Assembly: GCA_049577645.1 (NCBI GenBank)
Contig: JBAUKK010000238.1
Coordinates: 1 to 43,756 of the forward strand
Direction: 5' to 3'
Length of the DNA: 43,756 nucleotides
Source of the DNA: Candidatus Deferrimicrobiaceae bacterium
Lineage (GTDB): Bacteria > Desulfobacterota > Deferrimicrobia > Deferrimicrobiales > Deferrimicrobiaceae
A program made the position numbers and the translations under genes. Positions within the stretch are counted from its first letter, which is position 1; every line of letters starts with the position of its first letter. Under the pieces are notes generated by a model. It was not told the DNA's origin. It was given only the letters and a program-made list of their open reading frames with translations, and made no database searches. Shown piece by piece: positions 24,322 to 33,319 of the stretch.

Positions 24322-25083
24322 CTATTTGGCGATCCGTTTCAGCAACGCCTCGGCCCGCTTTTTCTCCATTCGCTGCTCCGGAACGACATCCGAAAGCTCA
24401 CTGTCGGAAAGAACGACGGCGGCCTCGAGTTCCTTCCTGGCAAGATCGTTCTTCCCGTCCCTTACGTACGCTTCCGCGAGGAAATACCGGTTTCCGGCAT
24501 AATTCGGAAAGGCCTTGACGGCGCGCTTTCCGAACTCGATCGCCTTCGTGGTGCTTCCGCCGAGGAGTCCCGGCAGTTTGGTATAGAAGGCGCAGAAAAA
24601 CCGGTCGGTCCCGCGATAGAAATACTCCGGATCGAGAGATGCCGTCTTTTCGTTCAGCTTGCGCACCGTGCTGATCCCGAACAGGTTGGAAAACGTCCCT
24701 TTGAGATTGTTCTGCCGGGCCAGGTTTGCCGCCTCGAAGAAATATCCTCCCGGTTCCTCCGGAGCCGCCTCGGATGCCCTCTTTCCGTACTCCCTCCCCC
24801 TGGCGTAGTGTTCGAGGGCCTCTTTTTCATTCTTCGACTCGAGGATCTGCCCGACCCAGTAATGAAGGCGGGACAGACGCAAAAGGACCTCGTAATCCGC
24901 CGAGCCCTCCTTGAGAAGATCCTCGTACGCCGCGATCGCCTCGGCTGCCTTCCCGGGATCTTCCCTTTCCCGGTAGAGGATCTCGGCCTTCTCCCCCAGG
25001 TCGAATCCATGAGATACCGTCGGAATTCCGATGGCCATGAGGAGGGCCAACAGAGTCGTCCGCCGCAACAGCGCTCTTATCAT
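24322..25083 (-). CDS. secreted TPR-like protein (possibly TatT-like)
   Basis: Signal peptide MIRALLRRTTLLALLMAIGIPTVSHG is followed by helical repeats. The C-terminal half (LDPEYFYRG...LPGLLGGSTTKAIEFGKRAV) resembles TatT-type TPR proteins (low confidence). The ATG overlaps the upstream stop (ATGA). Confidence 0.6.
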   Translation of the reverse strand: MIRALLRRTTLLALLMAIGIPTVSHGFDLGEKAEILYREREDPGKAAEAIAAYEDLLKEGSADYEVLLRLSRLHYWVGQILESKNEKEALEHYARGREYGKRASEAAPEEPGGYFFEAANLARQNNLKGTFSNLFGISTVRKLNEKTASLDPEYFYRGTDRFFCAFYTKLPGLLGGSTTKAIEFGKRAVKAFPNYAGNRYFLAEAYVRDGKNDLARKELEAAVVLSDSELSDVVPEQRMEKKRAEALLKRIAK

Positions 25084-26228
25084 CCTTTCCTCCCCTGATC
25101 CGTTTTGGTTTTCCGTTGGGTGACGAAGGACGCGATTCGAGCCTTCGCGGAAGCGCCCTTTCCGGCGTCCCGGTCGATGTCCAGGCAAAGGAACGGAACC
25201 CCGCGATCCCGGGCTTCGCCCGCCAGGTCGAAGATCTGCCCGGATCCCGGTTCGCACGGTCGGATTCGGAGCTGAAGCAGCCGGTCCGCGCCGGATTCGG
25301 AAAATCTCCGGAAGAGGGTTCCGGGTCGGGTCGGACCGCACCCGTGCGGTGAAGAGCATGTACCCTTGCGCAGGTGCCTGCGGGTCAGGGCCAACGGCAT
25401 GTCTCCTGCCTCGTCCGCCGGCCCGGAATAGTACCGGTGTCCGAGGGCCAGGTCGTTCCCCACGATTGCGCCCTTCGCCGCATCTATCGCTTTCACCACC
25501 AGGGTCGTCGCCATAACGCCGCTCAGAAACACCTTCGCCCGCACCGGCCGCAAGGCCGTGCGCGACCGGGAAAGCGCTGCTCTCAGGATTTCCGTGTGTG
25601 CCTCCTTGGGGAGCACCATTCCCGACCGGGCGAGCGCAAGAAATTCCGTGCCGGAGAAGGATCCCGCCGATTCCCGCATCCTTTCCTCGAGAAGGGCAAA
25701 GGCACTCCGGTTCCGATTATACTCCCTGACGGACTTTTCCAGCGCGCCCTCCGACACCTCCCTCCCGGAGATCCGCCCCGCCCACTCGCGAAAGCCCTCC
25801 ACCCGGTCGAGGAGTTCTTCCGCCGCCCCGGGTGCGTTCGCCGGGACGGGGTGGGCGAAGGGAAACCGGGGACGCCCGTCTATCGGAGACAGGAGGGAAT
25901 CGAAGGCGCCCGGGAAGGCCTCGCAGGCCGACGGAAAGACCCAGGCGTCGATTTCCCCCCACCTTCCGGAGCGGATGGCGGAGGCGACGCCGCCCGCCAG
26001 GGAACATCCGAAGGGGGGGGTATCCGCGGGGGGATAGGGGACAAATTCGTTTCCCCAGACGGTGACCGGCAACATCCCCGCGGCGTGCAGAACCTCCTCG
26101 GGGATGTGGATCGGGAGACATCCCGCCGCTCTCCGGCCCGACAGGGACTTCCACCGGGATACCGCGTGCTCCGGGTCGCGGCATACTTCCGTGGCGAACC
26201 GGCAGGCCCACTCCACCCCGGAAGACAT
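25080..26228 (-). CDS. 2-hydroxyacyl-CoA dehydratase / benzoyl-CoA reductase BcrC-BadD-HgdB family protein (solitary)
   Basis: Family pattern: GCLPIHIPEEVLHAAGMLPV, FGCSLAGG, FPSACEAF, VFLSGVM, IVGNDLA, RIRPCEPGSG and GVPFLCLDID. Confidence 0.7.
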   Translation of the reverse strand: MSSGVEWACRFATEVCRDPEHAVSRWKSLSGRRAAGCLPIHIPEEVLHAAGMLPVTVWGNEFVPYPPADTPPFGCSLAGGVASAIRSGRWGEIDAWVFPSACEAFPGAFDSLLSPIDGRPRFPFAHPVPANAPGAAEELLDRVEGFREWAGRISGREVSEGALEKSVREYNRNRSAFALLEERMRESAGSFSGTEFLALARSGMVLPKEAHTEILRAALSRSRTALRPVRAKVFLSGVMATTLVVKAIDAAKGAIVGNDLALGHRYYSGPADEAGDMPLALTRRHLRKGTCSSPHGCGPTRPGTLFRRFSESGADRLLQLRIRPCEPGSGQIFDLAGEARDRGVPFLCLDIDRDAGKGASAKARIASFVTQRKTKTDQGRKG

Positions 26229-26231
26229 CGC

Positions 26232-26915
26232 CTACCCCTGCGGGAAGGACACGCCGGCTACTTCCCCTTGGTAGAGGATCGCGAGGATAAGGGCCTCCTT
26301 CTCCTCGGCGGAATGGACATGGTGGGGAATGGTCGAATTGTAATAGATGCAGTCCCCCTCGGAAAGAACGTCGGAGTACTTGTCCAGGAAAACTTCCACC
26401 TTTCCCGAAAGGACAAAGAGGAACTCTTCCCCTTCGTGGGAGTTCCGTACCACGTTGCGCTCGAGGAGCGGCCGGAGGCGGACGAGGAACGGCTCCATCT
26501 TCCTCCCCGCCTTCCCGGCACCGAGCGCCTCGTACGTGTAGGCGGATTTTCCGCCTTCCTTCAGCCCCACCCGGGAAACGGTGGTTCGATCCTCCTTCCG
26601 CACGATCGAAAACGCGCGTTCCTCCTTTCCCCCGATGAACGCCGAAACCGAGGTGTCGAATGCGTTGGCGATCTTCACGAGGGTTCCGAGGGGAGGCGAC
26701 ACCATGCGGTTCTCGACCTGGGAGATCAGCGCGGAGGAAAAGCCCGTTTTTTCGGCAAGCTGCTGGAGGGTGATTCCCTTGGCCTCGCGGAATTTCCGGA
26801 TGTGGTCCCCCACCTGCACCTCGGGGTCCCCTGCGGCGGGGGCGAAATCGCCGGACTCCTCGGCGATCTTGGACAGCAGGTCATCCATGGACTCGTCACG
26901 GGTGATTTCCGGCAA
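26232..26915 (-). CDS. XRE-family HTH + cupin domain transcriptional regulator
   Basis: HTH IRKFREAKGITLQQLAEKTGFSSALISQVENR. Cupin block HEGEEFLFVLSGKVEVF...GDCIYYNSTIPHH. TTG start at 26915 behind GAAGGAGGGGG. Alternative ATG at 26888. Confidence 0.8.
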   Translation of the reverse strand: MPEITRDESMDDLLSKIAEESGDFAPAAGDPEVQVGDHIRKFREAKGITLQQLAEKTGFSSALISQVENRMVSPPLGTLVKIANAFDTSVSAFIGGKEERAFSIVRKEDRTTVSRVGLKEGGKSAYTYEALGAGKAGRKMEPFLVRLRPLLERNVVRNSHEGEEFLFVLSGKVEVFLDKYSDVLSEGDCIYYNSTIPHHVHSAEEKEALILAILYQGEVAGVSFPQG

Positions 26916-27447
26916 AGGATTCCCCCTCCTTCAGGGCGGTTACGTTGAGCGGTAAGAACCGCTCGTACTTTTTCGACACGACTTTCGGGAGGCAGTCGAA
27001 AAGGGTCTGCATGCTCACCACGCGGGTCACGCCGACGTACGCGCCCAGCGCCACCATCGACGCAAGCTGCTGGCTTCCTACGGTCTCCCGGGCGATGTCG
27101 TTCGCGGGGATCGACAGCACGTTCAGGTCAGCCCGGGTGATCTTCGCGGGGTCGACGAGCGACCTGTTGACGATCAGGTTTCCCCCCGCCTGCACGAGGG
27201 GAAGATACTTTTCGAGGGAAGGGCCGTTCATGATGACGCACGATTTCGGAAATCCGACGACCGGCGATCCGATTTCCCCGTCCGAGACGACGACCGTGCA
27301 GTTCGCCGTGCCCCCCCGCATCTCCACCCCGTACGAGGGAAAGCAGGTGACGCCTCTTCCCTCCTCCATCGCCGCAAGGGAGAGGAGATTTCCGATCATC
27401 AGGATTCCCTGCCCGCCGAAACCGGCCATGATAACGTCGGTGGTCAT
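26896..27447 (-). CDS. 2-oxoacid:ferredoxin oxidoreductase, gamma subunit
   Basis: Motifs: [17 protein letters not shown] and [18 protein letters not shown]. The ATG overlaps the beta-subunit stop (ATGA). Confidence 0.85.
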   Translation of the reverse strand: MTTDVIMAGFGGQGILMIGNLLSLAAMEEGRGVTCFPSYGVEMRGGTANCTVVVSDGEIGSPVVGFPKSCVIMNGPSLEKYLPLVQAGGNLIVNRSLVDPAKITRADLNVLSIPANDIARETVGSQQLASMVALGAYVGVTRVVSMQTLFDCLPKVVSKKYERFLPLNVTALKEGESFAGNHP

Positions 27448-28223
27448 ACGAAGTCCGCCTGCTTTCGCTCCTTGTACACCCCGAGGGGGAAATACTCCGA
27501 CATCTCGCCAAGCACGCGTTTCTGCGCGTCGAACGGCTTCATCCCCCAGTTGGTAGGGCATGTGGAAAGAAACTCCACGAGGGAAAACCCCATTTCCCGG
27601 ATCTGCATCCCGAACGCCTTTTTCACCGCCTCCTTCGCCTGACGGATCTGCGCAGGGGTGCTCGTGGCGACCCGCGCGGAGTACGCCGTCCCCTCGAGCG
27701 TGGCGAGAAGCTCCGCCATCCGGATGGGGTATCCGTCGTTGCGGAACTCCCTCCCGTACGGAGAGGTCGCCGTCTTCTGGCCGAGCATCGTGGTCGGGGC
27801 CATCTGCCCCCCCGTCATCCCGTATGTCGTATTGTTGACGAAGAGGACGGTGATGTTCTCGCCCCGGTTCGCGGCGTGGATGATCTCGGACGTTCCGATC
27901 GCGGCGAGGTCGCCGTCCCCCTGGTAGGTGAACACGAACCTGTCCGGCTGGGCGCGCTTGACTCCCGTCGCCACCGCCGGAGCGCGGCCGTGCGGGGCCT
28001 CGGCCACGTCGACGTCGATGTAGTCGTACAGGAACACCGAGCATCCCACGCAGGCGACACCGATCGTGTTCTCGCGGAGATGGAAATGATCGATCGTTTC
28101 CGCGAGAATCCGGTGGGCGATCCCGTGGTGACATCCGGGGCAGAAATGGGTCCGGACGTCCACGAGGCTGTCGGGTCTTTTGAAGACTTGCCTGGGGAAC
28201 GTTTCCTTTGCTTCGTCCTTCAT
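27444..28223 (-). CDS. 2-oxoacid:ferredoxin oxidoreductase, beta (TPP-binding) subunit
   Basis: FCPGCHHG, plus the TPP motif GDGDLAAIG...[15 protein letters not shown]. The ATG overlaps the alpha-subunit stop (ATGA). Confidence 0.88.
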   Translation of the reverse strand: MKDEAKETFPRQVFKRPDSLVDVRTHFCPGCHHGIAHRILAETIDHFHLRENTIGVACVGCSVFLYDYIDVDVAEAPHGRAPAVATGVKRAQPDRFVFTYQGDGDLAAIGTSEIIHAANRGENITVLFVNNTTYGMTGGQMAPTTMLGQKTATSPYGREFRNDGYPIRMAELLATLEGTAYSARVATSTPAQIRQAKEAVKKAFGMQIREMGFSLVEFLSTCPTNWGMKPFDAQKRVLGEMSEYFPLGVYKERKQADFV

Positions 28224-29317
28224 CGTACGCTTCCCGTCTCCAGGGCGGTCTCCCCGGCCAGACGCCGGATCTCCTGGTGGATCTCCTCGGGTGTGGGCAT
28301 GGCGCACGGTTTCCCGAGGAACCGGATCTTGTCGTGGTGCCGGGTGCTCATCCGAACATCCTCGAGCATCTGCCCCGTATTCATCTCGATCACGAGAACG
28401 ACGTCCGCCCTCGCGGCGGCCTCGTCCACCGCACGCGACGGGAAGGGAAAAAGGGTGATCGGGCGGAGCATCCCCACCGGGTACCCCTCTCTCCTGGCCC
28501 ACTGGATCGCCGTCTTGCTCACCCGCGCGGCGGTCCCGAAAGCGACGATCACGATGCCGGCCCCGTCCATGTGGTACGGCTCGAAGCGGACTTCCTCCTC
28601 CTCCATCCGGCGGTATTTCCGGTGAAGCTTCCAGTTATGGGCTTCGATCTCTTTTTCCCCGAGGTAGAGCGACTTCACGTACTGACGCGGACGACCTGCG
28701 CAACCGGTCAGCGCCCACGGTTTCTCCGCCGGGACCGTGGAGAGGTACGGAGTGGGGACGAAGGGTTCCTTCATCTGCCCGATGATGGCATCGCCCAGGA
28801 CCATGGCCGGGTTCCGGTACTTGTCCGCCAGGTCGAATGCGAGCATGGTCAGGGAGTACATTTCCTGCACGGAGTGCGGCGCGAGCACCGGCATCTTATA
28901 CCCGCCGTGCCCTCCGCACTTGACCGCCTGGAAATAGTCCCCCTGGGACGGCGCGATTCCGCCCAGCCCCGGTCCCGAGCGGGAGATGTTGACGATCACG
29001 GCCGGGAGCTCCGAGCCGGCCATGTAGGAGAGCCCCTCCTGCATCAGGGATATCCCCGGCCCCGACGAGGATGTCATGACCCGTTTGCCCGAAGCCGAGG
29101 TCCCCAGGAGAAAATTGATCGTGGCAATCTCGCTCTCCGCCTGGAGAAACATCCCCCCGATGGGCGGAAGGTGGGCGGACATGTATTCCGGGATGTCGTT
29201 CTGGGGAGTGATGGGGTATCCGTAGTAGAAACGGCATCCGGCCGCGATGGCCCCCACACAGACCGCCTCGTTCCCCTTCATCAGCTCCCGGCGGACCCCG
29301 GTGGGCGGAAGCGTCAT
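28220..29317 (-). CDS. 2-oxoacid:ferredoxin oxidoreductase, alpha subunit
   Basis: Motifs: [36 protein letters not shown] and [14 protein letters not shown] 29317 overlaps the delta-subunit stop (ATGA). GTG 29323 is an alternative start. Confidence 0.88.
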   Translation of the reverse strand: MTLPPTGVRRELMKGNEAVCVGAIAAGCRFYYGYPITPQNDIPEYMSAHLPPIGGMFLQAESEIATINFLLGTSASGKRVMTSSSGPGISLMQEGLSYMAGSELPAVIVNISRSGPGLGGIAPSQGDYFQAVKCGGHGGYKMPVLAPHSVQEMYSLTMLAFDLADKYRNPAMVLGDAIIGQMKEPFVPTPYLSTVPAEKPWALTGCAGRPRQYVKSLYLGEKEIEAHNWKLHRKYRRMEEEEVRFEPYHMDGAGIVIVAFGTAARVSKTAIQWARREGYPVGMLRPITLFPFPSRAVDEAAARADVVLVIEMNTGQMLEDVRMSTRHHDKIRFLGKPCAMPTPEEIHQEIRRLAGETALETGSVR

Positions 29318-29541
29318 CGCCACACCCGGATGCAGACGTCAGGGCAGACTTCCGCGCATATCGCGCATCCCGTGCAGTCGTCGGGGCGTGCGAAGACCGC
29401 CGTGGCGTATCCCCGGCGGTTGACCCGGTTCCCCATTTCGATGCAGCCCCTCGGGCAGGCCGGGATGCAAAGCTCGCATGCCTTGCACCCGTCCCGGTCG
29501 ATCTCGATCCTTCCCGTGGCCTTGACGGCGGTTCCCTTCAT
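29314..29541 (-). CDS. 2-oxoacid:ferredoxin oxidoreductase, delta subunit (2x[4Fe-4S] ferredoxin)
   Basis: Two CxxCxxCxxxCP motifs: CKACELCIPACP and CTGCAICAEVCP. Confidence 0.85.
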   Translation of the reverse strand: MKGTAVKATGRIEIDRDGCKACELCIPACPRGCIEMGNRVNRRGYATAVFARPDDCTGCAICAEVCPDVCIRVWR

Positions 29542-29556
29542 CGTTCCCCTTGCCCT

Positions 29557-30513
29557 TCAGTCGTATTTCGGCTTGAACTCGAAATAATGCGTCGTCTCGA
29601 TGTGGCGGACCGTCCGGGACTTCGAACGCATGACGATCGAGTAGGTGTTCGCCCCACCGCTGAAGAACCGGACCCCTTTCAGGAAGTCTCCGAAGGTGAC
29701 GCCGGTCGCGGCGAACATGACATCGCTGCGGGCGAGGTCCTCCAGCTGATACACCTTGTTGGCGTCTTCCACCCCCATGGTCTTGGCGCGTTCCGTTTCC
29801 TCCTTGTTGCGGAACTTGAGGATCCCCTGGAAATCGCCCCCCATGCATTTGAGCGCTGCGGCGGCCAGGACCCCTTCCGGGGCTCCTCCGATCCCCATCA
29901 GGACATCGACTCCGGTGCCGTCCTTCGCGGTCGCGATGGCGCCCGCCACGTCCCCGTCGCCGATCAGCTTGATTCGCGCCCCCACGGACCGGCACTCCCG
30001 GATCAGCTCCTGATGTCTCGGCCGGTCCAGGATCACGACGCACAGGTCCTCGATGTACACCTTCAGGGCCTTCGCGATGGAACGCAGGTTCTCGGTCGGG
30101 GTGGCGGTGATGTCGATCGCCCCCTTTGCCTTGGGGCCTACCGCCAGCTTCTGCATGTAGGTATCGGGGGCGTGGAGAAATCCCCCCTCCTCGGCGATCG
30201 CGATGACCGCGAGCGCGTTGTTCCCCCCGGTGGCGACAATAGTTGTCCCTTCGAGCGGATCGACGGCGATGTCGACGCGCGGAGTGTCGGACGCACCGAC
30301 TTCCTCCCCTATGAAGAGCATCGGGGCCTCGTCCCGTTCCCCTTCCCCGATAACGACCCGGCCTCTGAACTGTACGGCATTGAAGGCGCTCCGCATCGCC
30401 TGGACGGCGGCCTGGTCCGCGGCCATGTTGTCTCCGCGTCCCATCAGTCTCGCCGCCGCCAGTGCGGCCGCCTCGGTCACACGCACCACCTCAAGTGCCA
30501 GGTTTCGTTCCAC
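29557..30513 (-). CDS. glpX: class II fructose-1,6-bisphosphatase
   Basis: Motifs: VTEAAALAAARLMGRGD, DIAVDPLEGTT and GIGGAPEGVLAAAALKC. GTG start behind AAAGGGGGT. Confidence 0.9.
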   Translation of the reverse strand: MERNLALEVVRVTEAAALAAARLMGRGDNMAADQAAVQAMRSAFNAVQFRGRVVIGEGERDEAPMLFIGEEVGASDTPRVDIAVDPLEGTTIVATGGNNALAVIAIAEEGGFLHAPDTYMQKLAVGPKAKGAIDITATPTENLRSIAKALKVYIEDLCVVILDRPRHQELIRECRSVGARIKLIGDGDVAGAIATAKDGTGVDVLMGIGGAPEGVLAAAALKCMGGDFQGILKFRNKEETERAKTMGVEDANKVYQLEDLARSDVMFAATGVTFGDFLKGVRFFSGGANTYSIVMRSKSRTVRHIETTHYFEFKPKYD

Positions 30514-30940
30514 GGCTACCCCCTTTCAAGGTTATTGATCGGCCGATTCCCGTCTTCTCGAGGAACAGCCCGGGAACGCGGACGATCTTCCCGTCGCCGT
30601 CCGTGAAGGCGTGAACGGTTGACCCGTCGGCCAACAGGGCTCCGTCCCCCCTCTCGATCCGGTATCCGAACGTGATGCTGGCCCGCCGGAATCCCCGAAC
30701 TTCCGCATGAATATCGAGAAAATCGTCGTAGCGCGCCGGCGCGAGATACCGCACGGATGCTTCCGTGACCGGCAGGTGAACCCCGATCCCGGTAAGCTCC
30801 CGGTAGGCCATTCCGAGCCTCCTCATGAGCTCGACCCGCCCCGTCTCGAACCACTTCAAATAGTTCGCGTAGTAGACGATCCCCATGGCGTCGGTGTCCG
30901 CGAAGAGCACCCGGACCTTGGCGACCTTCTCCATCGCCAC
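30491..30940 (-). CDS. YbgC/4HBT-family acyl-CoA thioesterase
   Basis: Hot-dog signature VLFADTDAMGIVYYANYLKWFE. The start is GTG 30940 or ATG 30934. The 3' end overlaps glpX by 23 nt. Confidence 0.8.
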   Translation of the reverse strand: MAMEKVAKVRVLFADTDAMGIVYYANYLKWFETGRVELMRRLGMAYRELTGIGVHLPVTEASVRYLAPARYDDFLDIHAEVRGFRRASITFGYRIERGDGALLADGSTVHAFTDGDGKIVRVPGLFLEKTGIGRSITLKGGSRGTKPGT

Positions 30941-32230
30941 CTACGCGTCTATTTCCGAGAGAAGGTAGTCGATGAGGCGTGTCCCGGCGTCCAGGAACTG
31001 TCCCGTCTCTTTCGCATCCGCCTCGGTGTACCGCTTCCCCGGGAAAGACGATAGACCGGGCGGGGCGGGATAGAAGATGAAAGGCACCGGCTCCTGCGAG
31101 TGGGTCCGGATCGCCACCGGCGTCGGATGGTCGGGCAGCACCAGAACGGTCAGGTCGCCCTTGTCTCTGGCACGGGCAAGGATGGGTCCCACCATCTCCT
31201 CGTCGATCCGCTCGATCGCCCGGATCTTGTCCGGAACACTCCCGTTGTGCCCTGCTTCGTCGGGAGCTTCCACGTGGATCAGGACGAAGTCCTTGCTGTC
31301 CAGTTCCCGCAGGGCGTACTCCGCTTTCCCTCGGAAATTCGTATCGATGTACCCCGTGGCGCCGGGGACGGTTACCGTCTCCAGTCCCGCATACACCCCG
31401 ATCCCTCGTATGAGGTCGACCGCCGCCACCACGGACCCCTTGAGTCCGTACTTCTCCTGGAACGTCTCCATCCGGGGCGTCTTTCCCTGCCCCCACAGCC
31501 AGATGGCGTTTCCCGGCGGCCTGCCGGCCTCGATCCTCTTCCGGTTCACTGAATGGCCGGGGAAGATCTCCCTCGATATTTCCATGAGTTCCAGCAGGAA
31601 CTCCGCACCGTCCCCTTTCGGCAAATAGTCGGTGATTTTCTTCCCGTGGAGGTCATGGGGAGGGGCCGTTTCCATGGCATCGTACCCCCCGGGCCAAACC
31701 ATGAGATGGCGATAGGAAACCCCCGGGTAGAACCGGACGCCGCTGTCCATGGCCCCCTTTCCCACTGTGTCGACGAGAGATGGTACGGCGGATCCTTCGC
31801 AGACGCCGCATCCCCGGTCGTTCACCTGTTTCTGGAGAGCCTCCAGCAGTTCCGCCGCCTCGGGTGTCGTGATGTGACCGGCGGAGTAATCTCCCATCTC
31901 CGTGTCTGCCCCGTCGTTCTCGAGGCAGACGATGTTGCACCGGAAGGCGACATCGTCCTGTCCGAGGTCCACCCCCATGGAGGCGGCCTCGAGCGGAGAG
32001 CGCCCCGTGTACACCTCGCGCGGATCGTACCCGAGAATGCTCAGGTTGGACACGTCGCTTCCCGGGTACATCTCTTTCGGGACAACCTGTACCGTGCCCA
32101 GCGCTCCCCGGGAGGCCATGAAATCCATATGTGGCTTGTTCGCCGCATCAAGAGGTGTTCTGTCCCCGAGGGACGGAATCGGCCAGTCGGCCATTCCGTC
32201 ACCGATGAGAATGATGAATTTCCGGCTCAC
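30941..32230 (-). CDS. cofactor-independent phosphoglycerate mutase (ApgM)-like phosphotransferase; putative alternative homoserine kinase
   Basis: Metalloenzyme-superfamily blocks: ILIGDGMAD, NLSILGYDP, HVEAPDEAGH and LVLPDHPTP. GTG start at 32230 behind AAGAGAGG. The gene begins 12 nt downstream of thrC. Confidence 0.7.
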   Translation of the reverse strand: MSRKFIILIGDGMADWPIPSLGDRTPLDAANKPHMDFMASRGALGTVQVVPKEMYPGSDVSNLSILGYDPREVYTGRSPLEAASMGVDLGQDDVAFRCNIVCLENDGADTEMGDYSAGHITTPEAAELLEALQKQVNDRGCGVCEGSAVPSLVDTVGKGAMDSGVRFYPGVSYRHLMVWPGGYDAMETAPPHDLHGKKITDYLPKGDGAEFLLELMEISREIFPGHSVNRKRIEAGRPPGNAIWLWGQGKTPRMETFQEKYGLKGSVVAAVDLIRGIGVYAGLETVTVPGATGYIDTNFRGKAEYALRELDSKDFVLIHVEAPDEAGHNGSVPDKIRAIERIDEEMVGPILARARDKGDLTVLVLPDHPTPVAIRTHSQEPVPFIFYPAPPGLSSFPGKRYTEADAKETGQFLDAGTRLIDYLLSEIDA

Positions 32231-32242
32231 GTTGCCTCTCTT

Positions 32243-33298
32243 TCAGAAACCGAGGGCCTTCAGGACCTCCGTCATCTCCGATGGGATGGTGACGGGCTCC
32301 ACGGACTGGGCGATCGCGTTGTCCGGATCCTTCAGTCCGTGCCCGGTCAGGGTGCAGACGATCCGCTCCCCGTTGCGGAAATACGACTCTCTGCCCAATT
32401 TTATCACGCCGGCGACCGACGCCGCCGACGCAGGTTCGCAGAAAACCCCCTCGGTCTCCGCCACGAGCTTGTACGCCTCGAGGATCTCCGCGTCGCTGAC
32501 CATCCGGATGAGACCTCCCGACTCGTCTCGCGCCGCCTCGGCTTCCTTCCAGGATGCCGGGTTTCCGATCCGGATGGCGGTCGCGACCGTCTCGGGCTTC
32601 CGGATCGGGCGTCCCCGGACGATGGGAGCGGCCCCCTCGGCCTGCCACCCCAGCATCCTGGGGAGACGTCCCGATCGCCCGGCCTCCCGATATGCCTGGT
32701 AGCCCGCCCAGTACGCGGTGATGTTTCCCGCGTTTCCCACGGGAAGAACGTGGCAGTCCGGCGCGTCTCCCAGCACATCGCATATCTCGAAAGCGGCGGT
32801 CTTCTGCCCTTCGATACGGTACGGATTGACCGAGTTGACCAGGGTCACCGGATACTCCCGGGAAATCTCTCGGACGAGTCCCAGTGCGTCATCGAAGTTT
32901 CCCAACACCTGAATGACGTGGGCTCCGTGAATCATCGCCTGGGAAAGCTTCCCGAGCGCGATTTTCCCATCCGGGATGACAACGAACGCCTTCATCCCGG
33001 CCCTCGCCGCGTAGGCCGCCGCGGAGGCGGACGTGTTCCCCGTGGAGGCGCAGATCACGGAGTCCGCCCCCTTCGCCTTGGCCATCGAAACCGCCATCGT
33101 CATCCCGCGGTCCTTGAACGAGCCGGTCGGATTCAGCCCCTCGTACTTCAGGTAGATCTCCGTCCCCGGGGCGATGGAGCGCGCCAGGGTCGGCGCGGGC
33201 ACGAGCGGGGTGTTCCCCTCGAGAAGGGTCACCACGCATTCGTCGGGTACGGCCGGCAGAAGATCGCGGTACCTGTGTATGATTCCTTTCCGGCCCAT
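32243..33298 (-). CDS. thrC: threonine synthase
   Basis: PLP-lysine motif [10 protein letters not shown], plus ASTGNTSAS and PVGNAGNI. Confidence 0.92.
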   Translation of the reverse strand: MGRKGIIHRYRDLLPAVPDECVVTLLEGNTPLVPAPTLARSIAPGTEIYLKYEGLNPTGSFKDRGMTMAVSMAKAKGADSVICASTGNTSASAAAYAARAGMKAFVVIPDGKIALGKLSQAMIHGAHVIQVLGNFDDALGLVREISREYPVTLVNSVNPYRIEGQKTAAFEICDVLGDAPDCHVLPVGNAGNITAYWAGYQAYREAGRSGRLPRMLGWQAEGAAPIVRGRPIRKPETVATAIRIGNPASWKEAEAARDESGGLIRMVSDAEILEAYKLVAETEGVFCEPASAASVAGVIKLGRESYFRNGERIVCTLTGHGLKDPDNAIAQSVEPVTIPSEMTEVLKALGF

Positions 33299-33319
33299 AG
33301 GACGGTTCCCTTATCGAGG

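Noticed and set aside
25374-26948. A 524-aa + strand ORF antisense to the HgdB-like and XRE-cupin genes. The same applies to similar ORFs at 6790-8235, 11536-13056, 14489-15748, 19566-20735, 22608-23759, 28208-29587 and 29587-30606.
   Set aside because: All mirror well-supported - strand genes, have skewed low-complexity composition and lack ribosome-binding sites. They are treated as non-coding shadows.
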